A DNA stretch of 64,000 nt from Chitinophaga pinensis (GCA_945889315.1 CAMDBP010000005.1:53-64052), one strand, 5' to 3'; positions 30,209-41,428 are shown, numbered from the stretch's first letter. Notes: a model not told the origin generated them from the letters alone. Made by a program: numbers and translations.

Positions 30209-31480
30209 ATGGCAGATATAATATTTGACCTTTTAGCCAAGGAGCTAGATCGTCAACAAAATGGAATAGAACTCATCGCTTCCGAAAACTTTACCTCAAA
30301 AGAAGTAATGAGCGCTATGGGTAGTGTGGCTACTAATAAATATGCAGAGGGACTTCCAGGAAAGCGCTACTATGGCGGTTGTGAAATCGTGGATCAAATA
30401 GAACAATTGGCTATAGACAGAGCCAAAGAGCTTTTTGGTGCTGATTGGGTGAATGTACAACCACACAGTGGTGCACAAGCAAATGCAGCCGTAATGCTCG
30501 GCGTGCTCAACGCTGGAGATCAAATTCTCGGATTTGACCTATCGCACGGCGGTCACTTAACCCACGGTAGTTCTGTAAATTTTTCTGGAAAACTTTATAA
30601 ACCAGCGTTTTATGGTGTAGAAGAAAAAACTGGACTCATAGATATGAATAAGGTAGAAGCTATTGCGCTAGAGGTCTTACCTAAGTTAATTATTTGCGGA
30701 GCTTCATCTTATTCTAGAGACTGGGATTTCCCAAGATTCAGAGAGATTGCAGACAAGGTAGGTGCTTTGTTACTTGCAGATATTTCTCATCCAAGTGGAT
30801 TAATAGCCGCTGGCCTACTTAGTGATCCTATACCACATTGCCACATCGTAACCACTACAACCCATAAAACCTTACGCGGACCACGAGGCGGAATGATTAT
30901 GATGGGAAAAGATTTTGATAACCCATGGGGATTAACCACACCCAAAGGAGAAATTAAAAAAATGAGTGCCGTACTTGATGGAGCTGTTTTTCCTGGAACC
31001 CAGGGCGGACCATTAGAACATATTATTGCTGCCAAAGCTATAGCCTATGGTGAAGCTTTGCAACCAGCGTTTAAAGAGTATTGCAAGCAAGTAATGGAAA
31101 ATGCACAAGCACTTGCTACTGCTATGGTAGCTAGAGGCTATAAAATAATATCTGGTGGAACAGATAACCACATGATGCTTATAGACCTAAGACCTAAAAG
31201 TGACACACTCACGGGTAAGGTAGCCGAAAATGCATTGGTAAAAGCCGATATCACCATTAATAAAAATGCTGTTCCTTTTGAGACTCGGTCACCTTTTGTG
31301 ACTTCAGGTATTCGTATTGGAACTCCAGCTATAACCACTCGTGGTATGAAAACCGATGATATGGAAAAAATAGCCGAGCTTATTGACCGTGTACTAATGA
31401 ATCCAGACGATGAGGTTATAATTAATGAGGTGAAAAAAGAGGTAAATGCCTGGATGAAGGATTTTCCTTTGTATGCCTAA
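30209..31480 (+). CDS. glyA: Serine hydroxymethyltransferase
   Basis: [32 protein letters not shown]. Confidence 0.98.
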   Translation: MADIIFDLLAKELDRQQNGIELIASENFTSKEVMSAMGSVATNKYAEGLPGKRYYGGCEIVDQIEQLAIDRAKELFGADWVNVQPHSGAQANAAVMLGVLNAGDQILGFDLSHGGHLTHGSSVNFSGKLYKPAFYGVEEKTGLIDMNKVEAIALEVLPKLIICGASSYSRDWDFPRFREIADKVGALLLADISHPSGLIAAGLLSDPIPHCHIVTTTTHKTLRGPRGGMIMMGKDFDNPWGLTTPKGEIKKMSAVLDGAVFPGTQGGPLEHIIAAKAIAYGEALQPAFKEYCKQVMENAQALATAMVARGYKIISGGTDNHMMLIDLRPKSDTLTGKVAENALVKADITINKNAVPFETRSPFVTSGIRIGTPAITTRGMKTDDMEKIAELIDRVLMNPDDEVIINEVKKEVNAWMKDFPLYA

Positions 31481-32698
31481 CTAAAAACGCTTGGCTAAAC
31501 CAATCCCTAAACTATAATTATGTGTTTGAAGTGGTGCAAATGCAGATTGTAAACCCATAAAGTTTAGATAGTAGTTAAATCCTTTCGTTGTACTTATTTC
31601 GATAGCCTCTCTCCAGGTTAGTCCGGTGAAACTTCCATAACCTAAAGCAGATAATACTTTTACGTTTTCGGACAAACGATGGTCGAGGGCAAGACTTCCG
31701 CTGATACCAAAATTTCCTAAGTCTATGGCTCTAAAATCTAACAGTAATTTTGAATTTTCACTAACCATATAACTGCCACTTATATTGATATTTGAGGGCA
31801 AACTAAGCCACTTTTTAGGTTTAACACTCCTGTCTATAAATGCTGTATAAGAGGTATCTATAAATTTAGAAAAGGAAGCATCCTTATTGCCAAATTGGTA
31901 TTTATATCCGGCAAAAGATGCCGTTGTGTCTATGTAAGTTTCGTTTTGATGAAACAAATAATTTATGTTTAAATCTGCTAAATTGAGGCCCAACGTTATT
32001 TTTTCACTCATCTTAAAATCAATATTATAGTTGAGATCCAAACCAATTCCATTAATTCCTGTTCCAACACGAGATGAAGAAAGCTTATCAAAATCTGCTT
32101 CTACAAATTCACCATTCGTTGCTGTATAAAGAGAAACGCTTGATGCATTGATTTGCCTATAACTTGTAATTCCATTTAACCCGATTCCTAGTTTTGCACT
32201 AACCTTTTTATCCTTCATTGTTTTTAGGGTTATACCCCCTGAAACAGCTGATCCACTTAAAAAATTAAGATTCCCACTACTTACTTTCTGATCTTGAAAA
32301 GCAGCATTTCCAAATAAAATTAACTGCGTAAATGCCGTTCCACCAGAGTATCCGACCACGTTTCTATTTTTTGCATAAACCCCAACAGAGGAATTGATTT
32401 TATACTCCATTTCCCCTTTAATTTGAGCATAAAAATTTGTTCGCTTTTTTTGAGATTCTAAAAATGTTTGCTTTCCATCAGAAATAAACCCAGATCTAAA
32501 TAGGACATCATTAAACATTCCATTATTAAAACTGTTCGATCCTACATTTGCATCTAGTTCTATTTTTATAGCGTTAGGAGTCCATAAATCATCCAAACCA
32601 CTGCTCAAGAATACAAATTGATTCTCTGACTTCATTGAATATTGAGCGCTAGCAAACAAAACGATAAAAACGAGTATGAAACTATAACTTATTCTCAT
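31481..32698 (-). CDS. Outer-membrane beta-barrel protein, DUF5723-like
   Basis: Signal peptide, amphipathic beta strands, LFGN and GIGLDL segments, C-terminal LGIGLAKRF. Confidence 0.6.
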   Translation of the reverse strand: MRISYSFILVFIVLFASAQYSMKSENQFVFLSSGLDDLWTPNAIKIELDANVGSNSFNNGMFNDVLFRSGFISDGKQTFLESQKKRTNFYAQIKGEMEYKINSSVGVYAKNRNVVGYSGGTAFTQLILFGNAAFQDQKVSSGNLNFLSGSAVSGGITLKTMKDKKVSAKLGIGLNGITSYRQINASSVSLYTATNGEFVEADFDKLSSSRVGTGINGIGLDLNYNIDFKMSEKITLGLNLADLNINYLFHQNETYIDTTASFAGYKYQFGNKDASFSKFIDTSYTAFIDRSVKPKKWLSLPSNINISGSYMVSENSKLLLDFRAIDLGNFGISGSLALDHRLSENVKVLSALGYGSFTGLTWREAIEISTTKGFNYYLNFMGLQSAFAPLQTHNYSLGIGLAKRF

Positions 32699-34736
32699 AG
32701 GTAATATCCGATACTATTTTAAGCTTAATTTTATAATCGCTATACATTTTATAGCGCTTTGCATCTGTTGTTGAAAAGCGACCTGTGATTCTGATTTGCG
32801 TCGCATTTTGTATTGCAAGCATATCAGACCGATTCAGCATAGCAACCAGTTCGCTTTGCCTGGCTACTAAAGTTTTACCTGTTACCGGATCTACTTCAGC
32901 CTCTTTAATAATATTATTTTCGTTTTTAAAGGCCAATGCCATAACTACGCCGTTATCATCTAAAAATGCTAATTCCAATACCGCTTCAATTGGAAACTCA
33001 TTTAACGCTAAAACAGAAAGCTTGGCCTCTTTTAAATTGCTAATCTGCTCATATTCAAATAAATTTGATTTTCGGGTTTCTGTAACAGTCAAGTCTTTTA
33101 GGCCCACAATTAAAGGAACTTCAAGTTTAAAATTGACTAGAAGCTTACTATAATCAAAGGCGAAATCTGATTGATTTAACGTGCCATTTGGTCTGATTTT
33201 TACTTGTATGTTGGGTACTATACGATCTGGTAAGTTTTCAATAAACTGTTTAATGTTTGAATTGCTCTTGTTGAGTGTAAGTATTTGTTCGTCAGGTTTT
33301 AATGATGTTCCAAGATTTACGGCTCGCTTGAGAAATATGGGTGAACTTAAAGCGGTTGATGTTAATTTAACCTTTTTATTTGCTCCCGAATTTTGTCCAA
33401 CAATTTCATTCGTAGTGATTAAAGATTCGATGCCAAAACTATTGTAAAAATTTAGTTCTAGAGATGCATCCTCTAAAGACAAGTTTCCTTTAAAATTTTT
33501 AAGCGCTGGCAATTCTAAAGAGTCTTTTATGGTGAAATTGTGCAACCCCGGGTCTCCGATTATCAACTCTGGGATTACATCTACTAGGCCAAACTCAATT
33601 TTAATTTTATCACTTAGTGAAAGGGTTCTCTCTATGCCCGTATATTCTATTTTTGCAACCAATTCATTATAGATATGGTTAAAATAGGGGGCAACTGAGT
33701 TTTTTTCACCATATAAATGAATTACAAAACCATCAATTGGAAACCGTTCTTCCAAATAAATCCGTTGTCCTTTCGGAGATGCTGGAATCTTCCACTCTTT
33801 ATAAATAGGCCCACTTTGTCCAGATCTGCTACTTTGAGGAATCTTGTATTGTAAAATGATTGCCTCTTCAATACTTGATTCTACCTTCATTAGGATAGAA
33901 CCTGTCTTCACGTTTACCTGAGTTAATTCAGCTCCACCAAAGGTATATTTCGTCTCATCATTTCGCTCGACCAGATTTTGAGCAGGAAACACTGCTGTTG
34001 CTGATTGAGGTTTTAAACCTCTTACACCAAATGTAATTCTTAAACCTTTTTTAATATCAATAAGTACAGGTCCATCACTCGCCTTTGTTTTTACTCTCTT
34101 TACCCGCAGCTCTAGCTTTCCTTTCACCGTTTTGCCTTCTAAATTGTACGCTTTTGTTTGCGTAGTATTAGGGCCTAAGTTCGTAAATGTTCCAGCCACA
34201 ACCACCGTGTTTGTGCCATCATCATTGATTAATTCAAAATCCATTAATTCAGCGGTTACAGGCAAATCATTGCTGATGCTAATATCTATCCATCCCTCAA
34301 TAAACGTAGCGGTGCTAAAAAACTCTTTGCTTACATCGATCTTGGTTCCTTGGTTAGTTTGTACATCTTGTGCAGGAAGATCCGTGGTTTGACCGTTCAA
34401 AAAAACACTTGCCGGATATATTTCTTGCAGTGTCAAGGTGTCAATGAAGGATCTATCCTCTAAAACTAGACTCGAAAGAGTAACCTCAATACTTTCTACT
34501 CTGTCAGGAATAACCAAAATATCTTGAATACTAGTTATCCCATAAGCCTCTTCAAAAACAACATCAATCGTATTGTCATTGTTTTTTCTCGTGAGCGAGT
34601 CAGGAATCAAATTCCCTAAGGTAAGCTCGGTTTCAATTAGCGGTGCGAGCCAGTTACTTTCACTCGAAAATTTCTCTTTGGCGCATCCTATAAATAAGAG
34701 ACAAAATAGTACCAACGACGAAGTCGATTTAATCAT
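32682..34736 (-). CDS. Hypothetical lipoprotein with four beta-sandwich-like repeats
   Basis: Lipobox LFIGC; 684-aa ORF whose stop overlaps the barrel gene start. Confidence 0.7.
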   Translation of the reverse strand: MIKSTSSLVLFCLLFIGCAKEKFSSESNWLAPLIETELTLGNLIPDSLTRKNNDNTIDVVFEEAYGITSIQDILVIPDRVESIEVTLSSLVLEDRSFIDTLTLQEIYPASVFLNGQTTDLPAQDVQTNQGTKIDVSKEFFSTATFIEGWIDISISNDLPVTAELMDFELINDDGTNTVVVAGTFTNLGPNTTQTKAYNLEGKTVKGKLELRVKRVKTKASDGPVLIDIKKGLRITFGVRGLKPQSATAVFPAQNLVERNDETKYTFGGAELTQVNVKTGSILMKVESSIEEAIILQYKIPQSSRSGQSGPIYKEWKIPASPKGQRIYLEERFPIDGFVIHLYGEKNSVAPYFNHIYNELVAKIEYTGIERTLSLSDKIKIEFGLVDVIPELIIGDPGLHNFTIKDSLELPALKNFKGNLSLEDASLELNFYNSFGIESLITTNEIVGQNSGANKKVKLTSTALSSPIFLKRAVNLGTSLKPDEQILTLNKSNSNIKQFIENLPDRIVPNIQVKIRPNGTLNQSDFAFDYSKLLVNFKLEVPLIVGLKDLTVTETRKSNLFEYEQISNLKEAKLSVLALNEFPIEAVLELAFLDDNGVVMALAFKNENNIIKEAEVDPVTGKTLVARQSELVAMLNRSDMLAIQNATQIRITGRFSTTDAKRYKMYSDYKIKLKIVSDITYENKL

Positions 34737-34798
34737 GTCAACAAAGTAACTTAATCTGTTATATTAATTACTATGTTTGTTTTGAAAATAGTACTTTA

Positions 34799-35446
34799 AT
34801 GTCATCACATCACTATGTAAAAGAAGGACAAGAGCCCGCGCTTATTATAGCCAATGGCGAAATGTGCTCCTACGAATTGTTGGTTTCCATAATGGAATGG
34901 TGTCCTTTTGTGGTCGTGCTAGACGGCGCATATGCACGTGTGGTTAACTTGCAAATAACCGCTGATGTAGTGATTGGCGATTTTGACAGTATCGAAGGCT
35001 TACCCCAAAATTTAACCACACAATTTATTCATATTGCAGATCAAGAAACTACAGATCTAGAGAAAGCACTAGGCTTTTTAATAAACAAGGGGTACAGCGA
35101 TATCAATATCGTATGGGCCACAGGAAAACGATTAGACCACACCTTAAATAACTTCGCCATTATGGGTAAGTATCCTGGGCACAAAATTGTAATTTATGAT
35201 GACCACTCTAAGGCATTTATATTGCCTAAAAGCTTTTCAAAGATATACAACACAGGCGACAAAATATCGTTGATTCCCATTAACCAAGCAGACGGAATTA
35301 CCACCTCTAACTTGATGTATAAACTTGAAAATGAAAAACTTGAATACGGAAATCGCAGCGGTACAAGCAATCAAGTTATTGCCACAGGAGATGTTACTAT
35401 ACGTTATACGTCCGGAGTTCTTGCTTTGATAGAAAGTACAGATTAA
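34799..35446 (+). CDS. thiN: Thiamine diphosphokinase
   Basis: IIANG, LDGA, IGDFDS, QETTDLEKA, GKRLDH, GTSN. Confidence 0.92.
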   Translation: MSSHHYVKEGQEPALIIANGEMCSYELLVSIMEWCPFVVVLDGAYARVVNLQITADVVIGDFDSIEGLPQNLTTQFIHIADQETTDLEKALGFLINKGYSDINIVWATGKRLDHTLNNFAIMGKYPGHKIVIYDDHSKAFILPKSFSKIYNTGDKISLIPINQADGITTSNLMYKLENEKLEYGNRSGTSNQVIATGDVTIRYTSGVLALIESTD

Positions 35447-36915
35447 CGGCTATAGTTTGGAGCTTCTTTGGTGATGGTAACATCATGCGGATGACTTTCT
35501 CTTATTCCAGAACCAGTAATGTGCGTAAACTGAGCTGTTTTTAACTCTTCTATGCTTGTAGATCCTGTATAGCCCATTCCCGCTCTTAAGCCTCCAATGT
35601 ACTGATAAACTACTTCAGAAAGCTTTCCTTTAAAGGCGACAGTTCCTACAATTCCTTCTGGAACAAGTTTGCCTATTTCTGCTTCTGCGTCTTGAAAATA
35701 TCGATCTGTTGAACCTTTTTTCATAGCTTCAATAGAACCCATTCCACGGTAACTTTTCACCTTTCTCCCTTCGTAAAAAGAGACATCGCCAGGAGCCTCT
35801 TCTGTACCTGCAAAAAGACTTCCCGCCATGATACAATCCGCACCGGCTACAATGGCTTTTACCAAGTCTCCGCTATAACGTATTCCGCCATCTGCTATAA
35901 TAGGAACACCTGTACCTTCTAGCGCAAGAGCACATTCCATTACCGCATTTAATTGGGGTACGCCTATTCCGGCTATGATTCTAGTTGTGCAAATAGATCC
36001 AGGACCCACACCCACTTTTACCGCGTCTGCTCCATTATCTGCTAAGTACTTTGCTGCAGCACCTGTTGCCACATTTCCAACAATTACTTGTAAATCAGGA
36101 AATTTTGCTTTTACTTTTTTCAGTTCATCTACCACCCCTTTTGAGTGTCCATGTGCTGTATCTATGGCTATAACATCTACATCTTCGGCTACAAGAGCCG
36201 TAACTCTTTCTAGCGTATCTGCTGTAACCCCAACGGCCGCTCCCACCATAAGCCTTCCAAAAGAATCCTTACATGCTTTGGGATGATTTTTTACTTTTTG
36301 AATATCCTTAAAGGTAATTAGACCGAGTAATGTGTTTTCGGAGTCAACTACAGGTAGTTTTTCTATTTTGTGTTTTTGTAGGATTTGTTCAGCTTCTTTT
36401 AAATCTGTACCATGTGCAGCCGTAACAAGTGGATGCTTGGTCATAACTTCTTCAATAGGCGTACTTAAGTCTATCTGAAAGCGCAAATCTCTGTTGGTTA
36501 TTATACCAACTAATTTATGGCTATCGTCAATAATTGGAATTCCGCCTATTCGGTTTACCTTCATTACATTAACCGCTTCCGCTAACGTGTTGGTACTTTT
36601 AAGCGTAACGGGATCTTTAATCATTCCGCTTTCCGAACGTTTTACTTTTTTTATTTCAGCAGCCTGTTCAGCGATTGACATGTTCTTATGTACTATCCCT
36701 ATTCCCCCTTCTCTAGCAATTGCTATTGCTAAATCCGACTCTGTTACGGTGTCCATGGCCGCACTTATAATGGGTATATTAATGGATAATTTTTTAGTAA
36801 GGCGGGTTTTTGTATTCGTATCGCGAGGTAAAACTTCAGAGTAACGAGGCAAAACAAGCACATCGTCAAACGTTAAACCTTGATACGCAATTTTAGAAAT
36901 TTTGGGTTGAGACAT
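35443..36915 (-). CDS. guaB: IMP dehydrogenase
   Basis: LTFDDV, SAAMDTVT, CBS pair, GPGSICTTR, YRGMGS. Confidence 0.98.
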   Translation of the reverse strand: MSQPKISKIAYQGLTFDDVLVLPRYSEVLPRDTNTKTRLTKKLSINIPIISAAMDTVTESDLAIAIAREGGIGIVHKNMSIAEQAAEIKKVKRSESGMIKDPVTLKSTNTLAEAVNVMKVNRIGGIPIIDDSHKLVGIITNRDLRFQIDLSTPIEEVMTKHPLVTAAHGTDLKEAEQILQKHKIEKLPVVDSENTLLGLITFKDIQKVKNHPKACKDSFGRLMVGAAVGVTADTLERVTALVAEDVDVIAIDTAHGHSKGVVDELKKVKAKFPDLQVIVGNVATGAAAKYLADNGADAVKVGVGPGSICTTRIIAGIGVPQLNAVMECALALEGTGVPIIADGGIRYSGDLVKAIVAGADCIMAGSLFAGTEEAPGDVSFYEGRKVKSYRGMGSIEAMKKGSTDRYFQDAEAEIGKLVPEGIVGTVAFKGKLSEVVYQYIGGLRAGMGYTGSTSIEELKTAQFTHITGSGIRESHPHDVTITKEAPNYSR

Positions 36916-37095
36916 CAGCAAATATTGGATTTGTTATTTGCCGCACAAAAGTACTCTCAAACTATCCGAATCACCTAATTTATTTAAGGCGATTCGTGTT
37001 TCTTTTTACTTTACTAAGAGATTTTAAGGATAATCAGCCAAATCCAACCACAAATAATTGCATAGCTTTGCTCCATTATCTTTGCACAGCATAAA

Positions 37096-38928
37096 ATGAA
37101 GTCCCTCTTCTTGTTTGCCTTAATTGTTGTTTCGTCTGTGTGCTTTTCTCAAAGTACAGACGAAAAACTTGCTGCCCAGTTTTTTGAAAACCAGGAGTTT
37201 GAAAAGGCATCTGAACTGTATAGAAAACTTTATAAAGAAAATGACAACTCTATTTATATCTACGAAAACTACCTTCAGACACTTATTGCACTAAAAGACC
37301 TTAAAACTGCAGAAAAATTGGTTGAAAAAGCCATAACACAAAACCCTAAGCGCGGCAACTACGAGGTAGATTTAGGCTATTTGTACCTGCGATTAGGTGA
37401 AAAGGAATCAGCAAAAAAGTATTTGGAGAAGGTTGTAAAAGAATACTCAACAGATAAAAATCAAGTACTACTAATTGCCAACGCTTTAATGCAGCGCCAG
37501 TTGAACGATTACGCAATTGCGGCTTACGAACAGGGCACAAAAAAATTTGGTGCGCTCTCTTTTTATAATCAACTGCTTTCTCAATACAGAGTGAAGGGAA
37601 ACACAACGGCATTAACAGACTTTTCACTCGAGGTGCTTTCTGAAGAACAAAATGCTTTTGATTACATTGTACGTGTACTAGATGTGGTTTACGAAAAACC
37701 GGAATCTGTCGAATACCTGCAACAACGCACACTGTTGTATGCCCAAAAAAACCCAGGCAATCCCGTGTTTGACGAATTATTACTTGAGGTTTTTTTACAA
37801 CAAAAGAAATACCTGGCAGCCATGCGACAAGTTATTTCTCTGGATAAACGCAATGGAAATAGAGGATCTCGCGTTATGGGTTTTGCTAAATCCTGCGAGC
37901 AAAATAAAGAATATTCTTCGGCACTCAAGGCTTACGAATATGTCATAAATCTGGGAAAAGAAGAGCCGAATTATTTAGCGGCCGAACAAGGTTTAATAAA
38001 CTCACTTTACCTTAAAACCACCCATAGCATAAATCCAGATAAAGTAGAAGTAGCTGAACTTATTCAAAAAATAGAAGGTTTTGTAAACCTAAATGGGGTC
38101 AGTTTTAATACCGCCTACAGCTTATTTCGATTAGCGGAATTACAAATTTTTTATAACCATAATCCGACGGGGGGTAGTGCAATCTTAGAAAAAATAATAG
38201 CCACTCCTAGACTACAAATTCATTTTTTGGCAGAGTGCAAGCTCCTGCTGGGAGATGCCTACCTTATGTTAAACAATGTATGGGATGCCAAGCTAATGTA
38301 TGGTCAGGTGGATAAAGAATTTATGGAAGACGCGCTGGGACAAGAAGCTAAGTTTAAAAATGCTAAACTGTCTTACTTTCAAGGTGATTTTGAATGGGCC
38401 GCATCTCAACTAGATATTTTAAAAACGGCAACCACGCAACTTATAAGCAATAACGCTATAGAGCTATCCCTGCTTATACAAGACAATACTGGACTTGACA
38501 GTACCACGGATGCCATGAAGGAATACGCCTCAGCAGAGTTTCTATTGTACCAAAATCAAATCGAGAAATGCACACAAATACTTAATATGCTGCCTTTTAA
38601 ATATCCTAATCATACACTTAACGATGAAATATATTTTCTAAAAGCCAAGGTGCAGGAAAAATTAGGAAACTATGAAGAAGCCAATATGCTTTACACCATT
38701 GTTTACGAAAAATACGGTGATGATATCCTAGCAGATAACGCCCTGTATAGATCTGCCAATATTACGTTGTATATTTTCAACGATACTCAAAAAGCACAAG
38801 CGCTTTTTGAAAAAGTTGTATTGAATTACAACTCCAGCCTTTTTGTAATAGACGCCCGTAAAATGTATTTTGGCCTTAAAGAAGGATTAACCAAAGAAGA
38901 ACTTTTTCGCGACGAATTGCTAAACTAG
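37096..38928 (+). CDS. Periplasmic tetratricopeptide-repeat protein
   Basis: Signal peptide and helical TPR-like repeats throughout. Confidence 0.82.
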   Translation: MKSLFLFALIVVSSVCFSQSTDEKLAAQFFENQEFEKASELYRKLYKENDNSIYIYENYLQTLIALKDLKTAEKLVEKAITQNPKRGNYEVDLGYLYLRLGEKESAKKYLEKVVKEYSTDKNQVLLIANALMQRQLNDYAIAAYEQGTKKFGALSFYNQLLSQYRVKGNTTALTDFSLEVLSEEQNAFDYIVRVLDVVYEKPESVEYLQQRTLLYAQKNPGNPVFDELLLEVFLQQKKYLAAMRQVISLDKRNGNRGSRVMGFAKSCEQNKEYSSALKAYEYVINLGKEEPNYLAAEQGLINSLYLKTTHSINPDKVEVAELIQKIEGFVNLNGVSFNTAYSLFRLAELQIFYNHNPTGGSAILEKIIATPRLQIHFLAECKLLLGDAYLMLNNVWDAKLMYGQVDKEFMEDALGQEAKFKNAKLSYFQGDFEWAASQLDILKTATTQLISNNAIELSLLIQDNTGLDSTTDAMKEYASAEFLLYQNQIEKCTQILNMLPFKYPNHTLNDEIYFLKAKVQEKLGNYEEANMLYTIVYEKYGDDILADNALYRSANITLYIFNDTQKAQALFEKVVLNYNSSLFVIDARKMYFGLKEGLTKEELFRDELLN

Positions 38929-40385
38929 ATCTAACCATAAACAAGTATCTTACATACCTTTTTTTAGCGATAGGATTTTTTATTCTCTCGGTTCCCCTTT
39001 GGCTCAACGTAGACCAATTGCCAATAAGGCTTTGGGATGAGTCTCGCAATGCCGTAAACGCTATTGAGATGTTGCAAAATGGTGATTATATCATCCGTAG
39101 TTACGAAAATAAACCTGAAATTTGGAACCTGAAACCACCATTGCTTACTTGGTTGCAGGTTATCGCGATGCGCGTAGTTGGACTAAACGAAATTGCCATT
39201 CGCTTGCCGTCTATTTTGGCGTCTATAGGCTCGCTTTTCATTTTATTTCTATGGACATTTAGACTAACTAAGAGTTATGCATTTGCTTTTTTGGGTGCTG
39301 GCATTTTAACTACCTCTGCTGGTTTTTATGGCGAACACGTGGGTAGATTCGGCGATCATGATGCGCTATTGGTATTCTTTAGTACCGCCCTAACTTACAG
39401 TTGCTACCTCTATTACCTAACAAACAAAAGTCGCTACTTGTATTGGTCGGCACTGGCTGTGTGTTTGGGTATATTAACCAAGAGCATCGCTATACTTATC
39501 ATGTTGCCCGGTATTGCATTGTTTTTTGCAACACAAAAAAGGGCAATTGAAACACTTGCCAACAACCATTTGTATTTTGCTATTGCGCTAGGGCTCGTTC
39601 CTGTAATCGGTTATTACGGTATAAGAGAATATTTACAACCTGGCTTTTTGAGGTTCGTTTGGAATGACGAGTTATTCCCGCGATACTTTAATTCAAGTGA
39701 AAATTTTGACTATCCGAGTGAAAATTTTTGGTATTATTTCAAACTATTATGGAATAAGCATATGGCTGTATGGCCCCTGTTGCTTCCTGTTGTTTTGTCT
39801 GTTCCGTTTTTGAAACGTAAAAATGAGGGGTGGCTATACTTATTAATAACATCTGTTTCCTACTTGCTCATTCTATCCAAAGGAACTAAAAACTACTGGT
39901 ATGATGCATCGGTAATTCCGCTATTGTCTGCACTAATTGCCGTGAGTGTTCACGTTGTGTACTCTCGGTTATTTAAAACTAAAACGTACGCTTTGGTGCT
40001 CGTTTTAGGGCTGCTATACTTGCCATTTACCTATGCGCATAACTATGCACTTTATCCTTCTGAAAAATATTATGAATGGGAAACCAATGGGATTTCTCAC
40101 TTTTTAACCGATGAAAATCATCTCCAAAATCTAACAGCCAATACGCAACTACTTTTAGACACTACATACGGCTATGAACCCCATCTTTTTTATGTGAAAA
40201 AACTGCGAATAGAAAAGTTGTTGCCGCTAGAACGCACCATTATTCAACACGTAAAAACGAGTGATACGTTACTTATTGGTCATGAAAGCACCTTAAATGC
40301 TTTAAAATTGGGTTATGAAATTACGGTACTAGACAGCTCGTACAGCCATACCAAACTGGTGGCGGTAGGAAAATCCTTGCTATAA
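38916..40385 (+). CDS. GT-C fold (ArnT/PMT-like) glycosyltransferase; start uncertain
   Basis: LWDESR, KPPL, EIAIRLPS, GILTKS and many TM helices. The frame is open from 38880 and includes a first TM helix upstream of TTG 39018. Confidence 0.8.
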   Translation: MAKLDLTINKYLTYLFLAIGFFILSVPLWLNVDQLPIRLWDESRNAVNAIEMLQNGDYIIRSYENKPEIWNLKPPLLTWLQVIAMRVVGLNEIAIRLPSILASIGSLFILFLWTFRLTKSYAFAFLGAGILTTSAGFYGEHVGRFGDHDALLVFFSTALTYSCYLYYLTNKSRYLYWSALAVCLGILTKSIAILIMLPGIALFFATQKRAIETLANNHLYFAIALGLVPVIGYYGIREYLQPGFLRFVWNDELFPRYFNSSENFDYPSENFWYYFKLLWNKHMAVWPLLLPVVLSVPFLKRKNEGWLYLLITSVSYLLILSKGTKNYWYDASVIPLLSALIAVSVHVVYSRLFKTKTYALVLVLGLLYLPFTYAHNYALYPSEKYYEWETNGISHFLTDENHLQNLTANTQLLLDTTYGYEPHLFYVKKLRIEKLLPLERTIIQHVKTSDTLLIGHESTLNALKLGYEITVLDSSYSHTKLVAVGKSLL

Positions 40386-41285
40386 GTAAAAACGATAAGC
40401 CAACTCTAGCCTTCCAAGGGCTCCATTTTCAAAATCAGTATTAAGCGGCACTCTATCATCACCAAAGCGAACTAAGCTTAATCCAAAATCTATCTTATCA
40501 TTGTTTTGGTACACCCTAAACGAGCGGCCCAAAGAAGCGCCCACCATTCCTCTTATTATTACGCCTTTTATAGGTTCGTAACCTATGTGCGCCGCTATTT
40601 CGTTAGACAAATGGTGCACGTACAATGGGTATGCATAAATGGATATTCCGCCACCTTGTATATTATAGGACTTAACAGTGGCTCGCCAATTTACTCCTGC
40701 GGTTACCTTGGGTGTAATGCTATAATTTATCTTGGCATAAGAAGGAATCATTGCGTCTATTTCTAGCTTGTTTTTTTGATAATAACCTCCAAAAAGGGGT
40801 ACTAAAAATGGACCGAATCTGTCCCCGTTGATGTATGCTCCAAACTTATAATTGAAATACTCGCTCTTTTTCAGTTTAGCCAATATTATTCCGCCAATCT
40901 GATAGTCGTTTTTGGTCAAACTTTCTTGAAAATTAGAGGCTATCTTGGGCAATAAGAGATACGTTGCACTCCACTTGTCTGAGTACTTTACATTCATTCC
41001 CAGTTTTAGTGTGTAAGCAGAGAAGGTAACCTCGTCTTCTTGTTGTTCAAAAAGCTTGGTTTGCAGCCGGTCATAAACCACCCCAAAGAGCAATGAACTT
41101 CCATTTTTTAACTTAACCGGGGCGGTTACGTTGATGTTGGCTTTTTGTAAGCTAGATGTGTTTAGGCTACTATCAAACTGATTTTGAGGTGTTTTTGTAT
41201 ACTCAGCAGTGGCTAAATCTACATATTCTTGAGCCTGCGCTACCTGGCATACACCAACCAAAATCAATAGTTTAACCAGATTCAT
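40380..41285 (-). CDS. Outer-membrane beta-barrel protein, DUF6268-like
   Basis: Signal peptide (AQAQ), LLPKIAS, FGP...PLFG, C-terminal LELAYRFYL. Confidence 0.65.
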   Translation of the reverse strand: MNLVKLLILVGVCQVAQAQEYVDLATAEYTKTPQNQFDSSLNTSSLQKANINVTAPVKLKNGSSLLFGVVYDRLQTKLFEQQEDEVTFSAYTLKLGMNVKYSDKWSATYLLLPKIASNFQESLTKNDYQIGGIILAKLKKSEYFNYKFGAYINGDRFGPFLVPLFGGYYQKNKLEIDAMIPSYAKINYSITPKVTAGVNWRATVKSYNIQGGGISIYAYPLYVHHLSNEIAAHIGYEPIKGVIIRGMVGASLGRSFRVYQNNDKIDFGLSLVRFGDDRVPLNTDFENGALGRLELAYRFYL

Positions 41286-41428
41286 TTGATACAATTATAG
41301 GTTATTTTTCAAAAAAACAAAACACTACATATCAGCCTGTTGCAATTTCTCCTTGTGTCACTTTACCATAATCATGCTTTTTAATTTTCTTTTAGACTAT
41401 ATTATAGCCCAAATAAAAGATAATTATT

